Shown: piece by piece, positions 10,667 to 25,404 of the stretch
Numbering within the stretch: position 1 is the first letter of the stretch
How the letters are laid out: every line of letters starts with the position of its first letter
Assembly: GCF_025612915.1 (NCBI RefSeq)
Contig: NC_069116.1
Coordinates: forward strand, 24,707,051 to 24,771,050
Reading direction: 5' to 3'
Length of the DNA stretch: 64,000 nt
Origin: Crassostrea angulata
Taxonomy: Eukaryota
Notes under the pieces: model-generated
Told to the model about the DNA's origin: nothing
The model's database searches: none
What the model saw: only the letters and a program-made list of their open reading frames with translations
Translations under genes and position numbers: made by a program

Positions 10667-11668
10667 CTACTGAAAGCACTTCTTGTGGACAATGCAGGGA
10701 CCGTATTCGTCATATTCCTCTTTGCTGATCCATATATCTTTAAAAATGGAGGTAGAAGCTAGAAACGATCCACCAAACCAGGCTGAGTATTCCCTGTCGG
10801 GTGGAACAGTTATCTTGACTTTCACAGAACTGGGAGCAAGTGTTGTGATTTCTTTCTTTAGACGTTCTGCAATTCCGGAAAACACGGTAGAACCGCCAGA
10901 TAGCACAATGTTAGCGTACAAGTCTTTTCGGATATCCTCATCACATTTCATGATACTGTTGTTTATGCTTTCATGGATACTAGAACATTCTATTCCGAGG
11001 AGTGATGGTTGGAATAGAGGTTCTGCACATCTAAATCGCTCGTTGCCAATGACCATGAGCTGACCGTCAGGGAGTTCGTACCTTTTTTCCATGAAAGATG
11101 AATCGATGTCCATATCTTGTTGAAAGTCATTCGTGACAAAGCACAATTTCTCCTTGATGTCTCTGACAATGTCTTTTTCGGATTTGGTTGTGAATGAATA
11201 TCTACATTCGGTAAGTAGTTTCATGAGGTAATCGGTCAGATGACGTCCAGCAAGATCTAGTGTCCTGGTGGCATGAGGAAAGGAGTAACCCTCGTAAATG
11301 GGCACTGTATTAGTAACAGTATTTCCAGAGTCGAGGACAATTCCTGTTGTACGACCGGAAGCGAACAGAGACATAACGGCCTGAATAGCAACGTACATGG
11401 CGGGAGATTCAAACTTTTCGAACATGATTTGTGTCATCTTTTCCCTGTTTGCCTTTGGGTTGAGCGGAGGCTCTGTCAGTAGAACAGGGCATTCTTCTGG
11501 GGCCACACGGAGTTCGTTGTAGAAGGTGTGGTGCCAGATCTTCTCCATGTCATCCCAGTTGGTGACGATGCCATGTTCTGTGGGGTGTCTTAGGGTAAGG
11601 ATTTCTCGCTTAACCTCGGCTTCATCTCCAACGTACGTGTCCTTGAACTCCATACCAACCATGTTTCC
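10667..11668 (-). CDS. Divergent actin paralog 1, exon 2 ([59 protein letters not shown]…CIVHKKCFQ*)
   Basis: Full-length actin fold, alignable to canonical actin across the whole exon but with many substitutions (e.g. [21 protein letters not shown] versus canonical [21 protein letters not shown]). Acceptor tattttcag|GGA at 11668; TAG at 10667-10669. Confidence 0.8.
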   Translation of the reverse strand, partial: GNMVGMEFKDTYVGDEAEVKREILTLRHPTEHGIVTNWDDMEKIWHHTFYNELRVAPEECPVLLTEPPLNPKANREKMTQIMFEKFESPAMYVAIQAVMSLFASGRTTGIVLDSGNTVTNTVPIYEGYSFPHATRTLDLAGRHLTDYLMKLLTECRYSFTTKSEKDIVRDIKEKLCFVTNDFQQDMDIDSSFMEKRYELPDGQLMVIGNERFRCAEPLFQPSLLGIECSSIHESINNSIMKCDEDIRKDLYANIVLSGGSTVFSGIAERLKKEITTLAPSSVKVKITVPPDREYSAWFGGSFLASTSIFKDIWISKEEYDEYGPCIVHKKCFQ

Positions 11669-12283
11669 CTGAAAATAGCAACTGCTTTAAAATTAAAATG
11701 AAAAGAAAATACCGGTTGCGCATGTGCATGAGTTTATTTGTTTATATGTATTTGAGAAAAGGACATGTAATAATTGTCAAATCATAGTATCTTAGCAATG
11801 AATAAGCACCATACCGACCTATCAGTACATCAATGTCAACCATATTTTATTTCTATAAAATAACTATGTGTTTAGAATTTGCGTATATTACAGAGTCTTT
11901 CATACACGTTACACGCCGTTTTGGTCTTAAACAGAATTCTCTTCCATTTAAAATATTATATAGAGATTTACAAGATTTACAAAACTGACTGTTTTTTATA
12001 ATAAACCTGAAAATAAAAAGCTTACCGATTTAAGCTGCAATGAATGAAATCGATGAAATTATGCAAATAAAAAAACATTCTCGATCCACATTAATTAACT
12101 GTGATATATCAAGGTTCTGATAATTACTAGTAATGAACCTATTCTAATTGAGAGGGCAACATTATGCGATTGTTTTTGCATTTGACCTATTACACTGAAT
12201 GATATACCAAGCAAAATGTCATACATTTTTTTTTATTTGCAGACGGTAGAAATTACTCAAATTGTAACATACAATTAACTTAC

Positions 12284-12415
12284 CGTATGCTTGGGGTGAC
12301 CGACAATGGCGGGAAACACGGCTCTTGGAGCATCGTCTCCGGCGAATCCAACCTTGCACGTTTCGGATCCACTGTCAATAACTAATGCAGCAACTTCGTC
12401 TTCGTCGTCGGCCAT
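12284..12415 (-). CDS. Divergent actin paralog 1, exon 1 ([44 protein letters not shown])
   Basis: ATG at 12415, donor ACG|GTAAGT at 12283, 44 codons in phase 0; joins exon 2 in frame. Note [10 protein letters not shown] versus canonical [10 protein letters not shown]. Confidence 0.75.
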
Positions 12416-12524
12416 TTTTAAAAACTTTGCCGAGGGTGGATTTTAAAATTCTTAATCTTGATTAGATTCCCTTTGTTGGGGGAAATGTTCAGCCATTTAA
12501 ACCTACACTAAATATTGCACAATT

Positions 12525-12532
12525 CTTTTATA
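12525..12532 (-). promoter_or_regulatory. TATA box (TATAAAAG) for actin paralog 1
   Basis: About 110 bp upstream of the ATG on the minus strand. Confidence 0.4.
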
Positions 12533-13953
12533 TTGAATATCGGTATGTCAATTTTTGCGATCTGGTTCCATAGTTGGGCGTATATGGTCAATGATATTTA
12601 TTTTATACATTTTAAAGAGATAATCCAACATATACCGTCCAAGTTATCAGAAAAAGATTCCTAGTGTGCAAAATATGAGACAATGCAATAATAAAAATGC
12701 ATTCCCAACAAGAGAGGCTCGTGGGCAACATCGATGAGCTGAGCAGCATAATCCATAACTGATAAAATCAGCTTTATTGGGTCATATTTTACAAAGCTGG
12801 ACAGTGTGGTAGAGTAGGTATTGTTTTATAGGTTTTCAATTTTTCTTCATTCTCCACATATTTTTTGTTAAACATTAAGCCCCTTTTATTGTTACAGAGA
12901 TTGTTGTTTCAGCAATATAGAATGATTACTTACACTTATACTATTTTCGCGCATATTTTTACTTTTTATTTATTTGAAAATTTTAAACTGTGTAAGTTGG
13001 GATCAGATTTTAAATTTGTATTGTCTGTCATAGTGATGATGAGTTTTGCTCATTTCTATACCTGACAGAAAGTACTTGTTGAAGAAAAAAAAAAGATACA
13101 TTAAAATTATATTCGCAAAAATTATTGGCATACTTCGTAAGATCGAATTCGCCAAATCTTTGCTCTGTCCAGAAACAACTGCTTTACGGTTTTATAAATT
13201 GCATTGCATTTGAAAGAATATTCTTTAGTTGCACGTTATACACGCTACTTATTCTTATGCTGATTTTTAAACCTCTTCAGTGGTCACAGAGTGAGTTTAG
13301 GAGTAATGGTTTGAACATTTTAAAATCTAAACTGTTTCCAATATCAAACTCTGAATCCCTCCTAGGGGCCCAGTAATCAAAGTTCGAACAATATTGAACC
13401 CATACTTTATCAGGATGATTGTATAGTCAAATCACATATTTTTTTTTCATCTATATACCAACATAAGTGCATGACTCGATTTCATATTGATATTTTTTTT
13501 CTCGATAAAATTTATATGCAGAATATTGGTATTACTAGTAGTTCTTTCCGGTCGTGTTAAATTGATTTTTTTAGTGGTAAAAATACATTTACACTTTATG
13601 CTGTGCATGTAAATTACATGCATGCAGTTACTTAAAAAATTAAGAGACAACTACTGGTTTCGTTAATATTCGTTAAACGTCAATTTTCGTGGATTTTGTT
13701 GTATATGCGGTCCACGAAACCAAATATCCACTGAAGTAAATCTGATAACAGGTTTTGTTGATATATCCATTGTATAAGAATTTTTGCATCCTCGAAACAG
13801 TAAAATATACTTAATCCTTAACTATTTATAGCAACAAACATTAATGAAACTATAGTATGACAAAAATGAAGTTCCCAAAATACAAAGCACCATTTAATCG
13901 ATAACTCAAACTATAACCGGTCCGTCCTGCTTTTGTTCACACAAAAAAAGGTA

Positions 13954-14955
13954 TTAGAAGCACTTCTTGTGAACAATGCAGGGACCATTTTCATCGTATT
14001 CCTCTTTGCTGATCCACATATCTTCGAAAGTGGAGAGAGAACCCAGGATGGATCCTCCAATCCAGGCGGAGTATTTCCTCTCGGGTGGAGCATTGATTTT
14101 GACTTTCATAGAGCTTGGAGCCAGTGCTGTGATTTCTTTCTGAATACGATCGGCTATACCTGGAAACATGGTTGAACCTCCAGATAACACAATGTTAGAG
14201 TACATGTCTTCATGGATATCCACATCACATTTCATGATACTGTTGTTTATGTGTTCATGGATATTGGAATTCATCACTCCATACATGGATGGCTTAAAAA
14301 GAGTCTCTGGACATCTGAACCGCTCGTTGCCAATGGTGATAACCTGGCCATCTGGAAGTTCATAACTTTTCTCCAGAGAAGATGTCACTGATGATGACAT
14401 CTCATTTTCATAGTCAAGGGCGACGTAGCACAATTTTTCTTTGATGTCACGGACGATTTTTCTTTCAGCAGTTGTTATGAAAGAATATCTACGTTCGGTA
14501 AGTAATTTCCCGAGATAATCCGTAAGATGACGTCCAGCGAGATGAAGTTTCAAAACGGCGTGGGGAAAGGAATGACCCTCGTAAATAGGCACTGAGTGGG
14601 TGACATCGTTTCCGGAATCGAGTACAAATCCAGTTGTACGACCGGAAGCATACAGAGACAGTACGGCCTGAATAGCAACGTACATGGAAGGGGAATTGAA
14701 GGTTTCGAACATGATTTGTGTCATCTTTTCCCTGTTTGCCTTTGGGTTGAGCGGAGCCTCAGTCAGAAGAACAGGGTGTTCTTCTGGGGCCACACGGAGT
14801 TCGTTGTAGAAGGTGTGGTGCCAGATCTTCTCCATGTCGTCCCAATTGGTGATGATGCCATGTTCTCTGGGAGGTCTAAGTTTGAGAATTCCTCTCTTAA
14901 CCTCGGCCTCATCTCCAACATACGTGTCCTTGAACTCCATACCAACCATATTTCC
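13954..14955 (-). CDS. Divergent actin paralog 2, exon 2 ([41 protein letters not shown]…CIVHKKCF*)
   Basis: Full actin fold; divergent motifs [36 protein letters not shown]. Acceptor catttcag|GGA at 14955; TAA at 13954-13956. Confidence 0.8.
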
Positions 14956-15767
14956 CTGAAATGTAACCAACATTAAAAAAAAATACGATTAAACCAAGAT
15001 AAAAGTAAGGGAAAACAAAGTTTGTTGGTGTACAATTCCCCCATATAAGTTAGCAAAATAACGAATTACTTTTTGGGCTCTGGAGACTTTACCTGTATTT
15101 GAAAAACAATAATGATAACAATTTTTGCATATTTTATAAACATCTTTCAATTATAAATTGATTAATATTACTGTGATATCAACAACTAAAATAAATATTA
15201 AAAACAGTAATTAAAAAAGTTTATTTATATTTAATTCTATATTAATTTTTTTTATTTTATCATTTTAATGCATTTTATCATTTATTTATTTTCTTTTATT
15301 TTGACATGCGCTAAATTTGAATTACATTAGTTTTGGTTTCGGTTTTTTTAACATACTCAGTATCGTAAGGCATTGCCAATTTGAGACCCCTCTTAATCCA
15401 TTTATCATCGTATACATTCATATATTTTAGACCGCATGAAATATAAGTATTGCTGAATGTTATGATATATAAACATAAAACCTTAAAACATTCGATACAA
15501 GTAACAAAATTATTTTGCAAAATTTAAGAATTCGAGAACAAATCATATGGATGTTAACAGTTTTACATTTATCTGTACAGTGCCTTCGCTAGCGTTTATA
15601 TTTTGTGTATCTTATGATAATGATAAAATACTTGCAGAAATTACTAAGTATAACAAACAAATCCTTATCTTTACATCTATCGAATATGATTCGATCTATT
15701 TCTTATCGGAAACCTATGGATAACCCATGACAGGACTGAAATTGACGGGGCTGAAATCTACACGCCC

Positions 15768-16155
15768 CGTTTATCGATTGGTCGAATCCTACCGCGACCC
15801 TAGAAAACTCACAGACTGCACAAAATAATGATGATGATGTCAGACTCAAATTCCCATAGGAGGCGATTTGGCCGTTTCTTTTAGCGGACGTCCTGATGTA
15901 CATTAAGTCATTAACAGTAATTTAGTTAATTTAACTTACTTTTTACAATCAGTTTATTAATTTGTTGAAAGAAAGATGTAAACATAAACAATAAAATGCT
16001 TTCTTTGATGATTAAGATTATAATAAAAGGTATCGATCATTGCAGAACAAAATTACATAACCCGCATTAGTGGGTTGTACATTTTTTCTGCAATGTCGCC
16101 ACCTTCATACCCCGCATGAATCACCAAAGAAAGAATTTGTTGCTTAAATAACAAC
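15768..16155 (+). repeat. Roughly 400-bp dispersed repeat (family B, copy 1) inside the intron of actin paralog 2
   Basis: Collinear with 27098-27455 and 53185-53480 (shared 'cacgccccgtttat(c/t)gattggtcgaa…cagactgca…gatgatg…attcccata…gatttggcc…aaacaataaaatgctttctttgatgatt…atcattgcagaa'). Confidence 0.6.
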
Positions 16156-16217
16156 ATTTTACATCAGTGAATGTGATGCTATTAATGATATTATAATTGT
16201 AACTTGGCATAGCCTAC

Positions 16218-16346
16218 CGTGTGCTTGGGACGACCGACGATGGGTGGGAACACAGCCCTGGGGGCATCGTCACCGGCGAATCCAGCCTTACACATCCCGG
16301 ATCCATTGTCAATAACCAACGCTGTGACTTTGTCATTATCAGCCAT
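16218..16346 (-). CDS. Divergent actin paralog 2, exon 1 ([43 protein letters not shown])
   Basis: ATG at 16346, donor ACG|GTAGGC at 16217, 43 codons in phase 0. Confidence 0.75.
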
Positions 16347-16618
16347 TTTAACTTTGTTTTTTCTTGATCTCGTTTTCGATTTACACAATTCAACATTTCC
16401 AAGATTGGTTAAAGAGAGATGCCTAAAAGTAAAAACTTATTAGCATCCGTAGAGTAGGTGTAAGATTAACGAGAAGAATTAGAGTTGTTTTAACAAGAAT
16501 TTGGACATTTGGTATTAGTGTCATATGCTACTCATGGTTAACTATCAGTCATCGGCAAATACAATGTAGATATGAACATACACTGATTGCAGCAACACTT
16601 GTCTGACTTTATCAAGGG

Positions 16619-16626
16619 CTTTATAT
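16619..16626 (-). promoter_or_regulatory. Candidate TATA-like element (ATATAAAG) for actin paralog 2; implies a 5'UTR intron with an acceptor near 16423
   Basis: It sits about 275 bp upstream of the ATG. A tttttacttttag acceptor at 16422-16435 (minus strand) and a CCAAT motif lie between them. Speculative. Confidence 0.2.
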
Positions 16627-18434
16627 TTCATGATTAGTTGAAACCGCATTCATTTCAAAAAATAGACCAGAAAATTTTCAACATTCAATGAACATTGATG
16701 AATTTCTATAAACTTAAGCAAATCTGAAAGAAGGTTCATGTTCTTAATATTTGACTGTTGTTTTTGGTGAAAAAACTAGACATGTTCATCTGAAAGTACA
16801 ACCTCTTGGTAAAATGGCTCTACAAAGAATCATTTAATCCCCAATATTGTAAAATTTTATGTTGTCTTTTTTTAATCCACCATACAGTCTGATTAAAGTC
16901 GTTTAAACACACAGTATTGTGATAATCGTGAACAAATTGTCATGTTTTCACTCCGTACCTAATGTAATGTTTGAGAGTATTCAAGTTGAATTAACATATT
17001 GATCCATTTTAGAATGCTTTAATATTTACTTGAATAGTAAACACCTGTAAAAAAAAGATATAATAAGCTGCAAAACACGTATATAGTTATAATTTACAAG
17101 CAACATATGACGCGGAAAAGCGTTTATCGATTGGTTTATGGCACTTTAAAGATTCCATATAAACAAGCCTAGATCTAAGAGTATCTTAATCAATTAATCC
17201 TCGAACGGTTATAATATGATTTACATATTATATTTCAAATTTCAAAATTTAAATTCAAGTTAGAATAGCATTATTACAAAAGTTACATCTAACATATCAC
17301 AAATATTAAATAATATATTATACACACATTGAAATGTGTTCAATGGATCCCCCAGTAATTCGTTCGGACCTATCTTATTATCTCATGACAACAGGATGTG
17401 TTCATTGTATTGTAAATATATAAGTACACGTACTTACTATGTATCAGACGATTGTTTACAGAGATAGTCCGAGTCTACCGAGAAAAAGAAAACACTCAAA
17501 CAGGATGTTTCGGCCGCTACAGAAGCCGCTTTGTGCCAAATTAAAAGAAATATTTTATTCTGCGCCGCCAAAAAGGCGTTTATTAAACACTTGATATCGA
17601 GAACTTTTATATGGAGATATTCTTAATTGTTTCCGAAATTGATATCATTCGCTCCACCACTTCGATCGGAGGACTTGTTTTGTAAGAAACAATAGAAATT
17701 ATCTAAGTAGAAACATGCAACTTTGTAGGTTTACGTATGTAGTTATTTTCCAACGAGAATAAAAATTGTTTAAAAATGCATTGATGACGTATATATTTAT
17801 TTTGACGGCCGTCATATAAAATACTTTCTTTACTCGTCACCATTAGTCTTTTACAGTATAAAGAAACAAAAACAAAATACCCCTCCCCCCCAAAAATAAC
17901 GATACTCGTATCAAAGATAATTAAATAACGAAGACAAATTTTCTTTAACGCTCTATATATTGATCTAAGGGGGCTGGGTGGTCGACATCTGCCTCAATCT
18001 TTATCTTAAAAATTTTATTTATCCTTCAAACTTTATAAATGAAATAATATAAAAAGAAAAGTTTTTGATTGTATCCATGAATTTTACGAAGTTGTGGCAA
18101 TTTTGGCCACGATGCATATTATGGAATGAATATATACAACTTGAGATCAAATTAGGAAAAAACCCGGTTGTACCGGTACATCGGTGACTCCAACCCCTTT
18201 ACCTTTATGTTACACGAGGGGCCACTAAGCCAAGCAGTTTGCTGAACACCTGAGCGTAATATTAACACTACAAGACTTATTAGATTTGTCTACATAAAAG
18301 TCAGATTTATGGTACAAATAAAAAATTCCAGATAATTTAGAGTTATCGAACATTGCTGATAGTCTAGTCTCGGAGATCGTTATCATACTGACCGGGTTGG
18401 TTAGTTAACTACGAAAAGCGAATAGTGCCAAAAC

Positions 18435-18600
18435 AAAAATATTTTTATCTCGTAATTACGAGAAAAGATCTCGTTATTACGAGATAATTAACTTGTAATT
18501 ACGAAAAAAGATCTCGTAATAACGAGTTAATTATCTCGTAATTACGAAAAAAGATCTTATTATTACGAGTTGATATTCTCGTATTTACCAGAAAAGATCT
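18435..18600. repeat. Tandem repeat (about 45-bp unit, about 3.5 copies) built around the perfect 14-bp palindrome CTCGTAATTACGAG
   Basis: ctcgtaattacgag(a/aaa)agatctcgt(t/a)attacgag… repeated; about 240 bp downstream (3') of the actin paralog 3 stop codon. Confidence 0.7.
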
Positions 18601-18836
18601 CTACAGATATTCAGATATAAACAGGGATTTCATTATTTATTATACATGTTACAACATACATAATCATATTTTATATACTATCACTTGTAAGTTGCATACT
18701 AGTGTATTTGTATTATATTTGAATCAATCAATCAAGTTCATTTCATAATCATTCTGGATAAGCTAATTGTTATTTTAAATGATTTACAACAAACATCACA
18801 GATCGGTTCAAAGGTCAACTGGTTAAACAGTAAGTA

Positions 18837-19865
<1,029 letters not shown>

Positions 19866-20304
19866 TTATTTAATATAAACAATTTAGAATTTTTTTTCTT
19901 TTCCTTTATTTTTGATTAATGAACAAACCCTATCAGAGTAAAATGATTTAGATTTATAAATTCCGTCATAAAAATTCAGTTTTCTTACAGTCAACATTCA
20001 TTTGCGGTTTACCAGTATCAAATTACCATAAACTGAATCATTAACACTGTGTTATGTAATTAAATAGTTTATTTAATTGTTCAATCAGATTGCTTTATGA
20101 AACATGAGCTACTAGATGAAATGCCAATATTATTAACTTTTTTATTTTATTGTTTTCGGTAAATAATGAAATAGAATACGTGAAAAGTATGCTAAGCGGT
20201 TTCCGTTAACGCTGCATTACAAAAAACGATTTTATCCCTTTGGTTGTATGTTACCTATTATACGAACATAGGGATGACATGGTTTCAACTTACATCAGTT
20301 ATTA

Positions 20305-20481
<177 letters not shown>

Positions 20482-20526
20482 TTAAGTTCCAGTTTATTGT
20501 AATGCTTAACTTATGATGGCTGCTTG

Positions 20527-20534
20527 TATTTATA
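20527..20534 (-). promoter_or_regulatory. TATA box (TATAAATA) of actin paralog 3, in a conserved CTTGTATTTATATGCC context
   Basis: About 90 bp upstream of the ATG. The same 16-mer occurs upstream of paralog 4 at 24852-24867. Confidence 0.5.
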
Positions 20535-20808
20535 TGCCATAAGGCTTTTGATCACGTGCTTCTGTTTTCATGATCCAATACCATATTAAGACAACAGAAT
20601 GGAGCGCTGTTTGTGATTTTTACCTTTTTTGGAAGTTCAGTTTATAAGTCAACCAGGCTTTATCAGAATCATAATTAAAAATAAACCATAATGTATGAAG
20701 CATGAAACAACGCAAGATAAGATAATTTCATTTAAGCCTTTATCGACTCTTAACAATTTAATCACAAAACAGAACAAAACGATTGAATTTTTTTTTTTAT
20801 AAACCTTC

Positions 20809-20823
<15 letters not shown>

Positions 20824-20899
<76 letters not shown>
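20824..20899. repeat. (TA)n microsatellite, about 38 units
   Basis: Direct reading. Confidence 0.9.
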
Positions 20900-20902
<3 letters not shown>

Positions 20903-21317
20903 GAAAAAAATATGTCAATTTGAAAAGTTGAAAAGGTTTGTTGAATAATTCAGGATTGTTTCATTATTGAAATCTTCATTTAAAAAAATGAATTTAAAAA
21001 AATACAAAATAAAATTAGAGCAGAGCAAAGTATATCTAAATTCGTGTAGTAAAATCAATACATGTATGTATATACCACACTTTAATTGTTGATTCAGGTA
21101 CGTGTATTTTCTTACATATATTAGTAATGTTGAAATGTATAGAAATGACGACATTCTTCAAAACCAAATCCAAATAAGGTATCTACATTTATGAAGAGGT
21201 CTCCGTTCTAGACCGAACTATTTTTAGACTTGACACACTCGGGACAGGTATAGTACTAATCTCTCGACTGCTTGCGCAAGTCGTGTTTTAATAAACTTTT
21301 TTTTCAAACTGATAAGG

Positions 21318-21319
<2 letters not shown>

Positions 21320-21390
<71 letters not shown>
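21320..21390. repeat. (TA)n microsatellite, about 35 units
   Basis: Direct reading; a second TA array about 420 bp from the first. Confidence 0.9.
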
Positions 21391-21395
<5 letters not shown>

Positions 21396-23042
21396 GGAGA
21401 GGGTTTGTTTTGTTTTTTGATTTTGTTTTTTTCTGGGGTTTATTTTTTTTGGGGGGGGGGGTTTATTTATCCATTCATTTATGTATTTATTTGGTATTTC
21501 TTACTATTTTCGAACAAAGATTAATCAAGGTATCGTTATTTATTTTGTGTTTGCTACGCTACAGGCTGTTATCAGGGGAAAGGGTTTATATGCTATACTT
21601 ATTGATTTTTTATTTAACGATTTGTATACGACTATGTTAAAAAACAGTAACTTTGATTCAATTCGTTTCTCTGCTTTAAAATGTTTAAATGTCCGGTTGT
21701 AAATCTGTTTCAAGATCACAGTACAAAAGAATTATTTTTTATAATAATACTTATGATATTCAAAAGGCTATCCAGTATATATATATATCTGCATTTACAG
21801 CGTGTTCATGACCTCATACTGACCTGATTCTAATGTAAACATTGCTTATTGAACGCGGAATGTGTAAAGGTATATATCAATGTACTGGAAGAGGTATAGA
21901 AAAAACAACTAACGATGAACACGGGTACTCCGCAGCAGATTTAAGTAGATGAAAAAAGCTATCAAAACAACTTTCCTGCCAAAAAGAAACTTGGTTTATT
22001 AATTATATTATATAAATTTACAACAGATCCAATATTTTAGTCGGCGAATAAGGTTGAGAACCACGCCCCTTCTCTCTCAGGACAGCCAAATGAACAACAT
22101 TGAGAATAATAATGATGTTCCCCCTCATCAAAATATATGCATATATTTCTATAATCGAATAAGGGATATTCTCCTTCAAGTGTCAAAGATCAATAAGAAG
22201 TATATTCCCCCATCCCCTTTCCCAGCAAGGCTCATTCTAAAAAAAATGTTCTAAATCAAAATTATTTAAAATTTCAATAACCGTTGTGAAAACGAAGAGT
22301 AACAACGACAACAACATAAAACAAAAAAAGTTGTAAAACAAATTTCACGATCCTTGCTAGGGTTTATGGACGAACTTATGTATGTTTATTCGTTTATTAG
22401 AATCAATTTTGAGAAAAAAATGTATTTGAACCCTGACCAATTAAATCATAGGTTAAAATGCCCAATACTTCTCTGCTTTCTCTTGATTTATGTCGGCTGT
22501 CTGCAGAACCTTAGCAAGTCTAGACTAACAAACGTTATCACTTACATTCTTTTATTTTTGAAAAACGCGAAGATTAAAGTCTTGTCAGTTTCTATACAGC
22601 TGTGAATTACAATCAATTTCCATAAGAAATATAGTGAATTATACTTAGTAAATGTAAATATTGAGGGATAACTCTCAATGGAAATAGTTGATATTACATG
22701 TACATGCAATTTTACATTTAAAAAATATTCTTTTTAGATATTGACCCCCTACATATAATGAAATTGCTAACATTGTAAGTACAACTCAAAACAAAGGAAT
22801 GATGCATTTTAATTTATTAAGACAACAAGTTTATTTTAGGTGTTGTTTATTATCTGGACAGTTACCATTGTTAATTTTTATACATTGTATATTGCGTAAA
22901 TTTTTTGTCTAATTGATGAGGCAATATCTCTCAAATGTGTTTCAAACCATCTTGGTCAGTCTTATTGCTTATATATCCCAAATCCTACAAGTGTCAAAGA
23001 TCAATTAACACCACGACTGATCCTAAATGTTTTAAAAGAGTA

Positions 23043-24080
<1,038 letters not shown>

Positions 24081-24608
24081 TCAAAGATTGTTTTAATACT
24101 CTTACTTGAGGTTTAATTTAATTAAAAGTTTAAACAGAAGGTGTAAATTGATATGCATAAAATTTCCAGTTAAAATATGTCCCCCAAAAATAGGACTTTT
24201 ACTATGATAATTTTTTTTGAGTTTACCAGTTTAATATTATAAAAAGGTTTATTTGTCAAAAAGAGTGATATCAAAGGAATCAAAACAAATACCTTCAGAG
24301 CAGCAAAGAAAACGACACCTTCCTTACCCGTGTATTACATGAAGCATTCAAATTAGTTCATTGTTTGGGACGTAACTTTATATCATATTCTATTTTATTC
24401 AACGTTATACATGTATATTATTTCCATTTTACTAATAAAGTCTTCATTTCAGGAGAGAAAAAAAGCAGAGTCAGAAACAGCAAAACGTCCTTTCGTATTT
24501 TCAGTGACTGGGTTAAAAGAAGCTTCATTATTTGACTCTGCATCTTTCTGTACATGAAATCATGCGTTTGGATCGTTTGCAATGTTTAAAGGTAAGAACT
24601 CAACATAC

Positions 24609-24734
24609 CGTATGCCTGGGTCGACCAATAATGGAGGAAAACACAGCCCTGGGAGCATCGTCTCCGGCGAATCCAGCCTTACACATCCCGGATCCAATGT
24701 CAATTACTAACGCGGCAAAATCGTCATCCTCCAT
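24609..24734 (-). CDS. Actin paralog 4, exon 1 ([42 protein letters not shown])
   Basis: ATG at 24734, donor ACG|GTATGT at 24608, 42 codons in phase 0. Confidence 0.8.
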
Positions 24735-24855
24735 TATGAAATCATTCTAACAGGCGGTTTTTTTTCTCTTCTTTGTAATCACTAATTACAAATCCAAGTT
24801 CAAACAGGTTCATGTTTAGTTTAATTGTAGTGCTCAACATTCCTTTAGCTTCTTG

Positions 24856-24863
24856 TATTTATA
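24856..24863 (-). promoter_or_regulatory. TATA box (TATAAATA) of actin paralog 4
   Basis: About 120 bp upstream of the ATG; identical 16-mer context to paralog 3. Confidence 0.5.
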
Positions 24864-25307
24864 TGCCGTCGAATATTTGAGGACGTGTTCAACTACACAT
24901 TAGGCAGAAATTAACCCGGGTAGTCCTCTATACACGTATTGACTTTAAAGGAAGTCCAGAGTAAGACGATCAGACAAGCTATAGTAATATATGATATACC
25001 AGAGTCATATTTAAAAATAACTCACCAAGTGTTAACCGTTGACCAACACAGGATAAAGCTTTACCAAACCAGTCATGTCATTAAACAGACTTGTCTCGAA
25101 CGTAATTATGAACACAATTACATGTACTGTTGCCTTTTCCGGTTATTGTCCATGAGCATAATGTTATCAGGTGAAATGTATGGTGTTCCGTTGGGGCCAC
25201 TTCGACCTTCTCATTTTCGCCTTTAGGATGAAGATGCGAAGGCGAAGGTTCAAAGGAGAAAGTGCAAAGTCTGAAGTTGCTAAGACGAAGGATTTGTACT
25301 GCTATTG

Positions 25308-25404
25308 TCTTTTACTAATTAACAATTTTTAATTGTCAATGAGTCCATGACTAATTATAGTCATGGACTTATTGACAATTAAAAATTGTTAATTAGTAAA
25401 AGAC
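25308..25404. repeat. Perfect 97-bp palindrome with 48-bp arms and no spacer
   Basis: tcttttactaattaacaatttttaattgtcaatgagtccatgactaat|tatagtcatggactcattgacaattaaaaattgttaattagtaaaagaca. The two arms are reverse-complementary. Confidence 0.85.

Noticed and set aside
20649-20918. 89-aa ORF containing IYIYIYIY…
   Set aside because: Translation of the (TA)n microsatellite.
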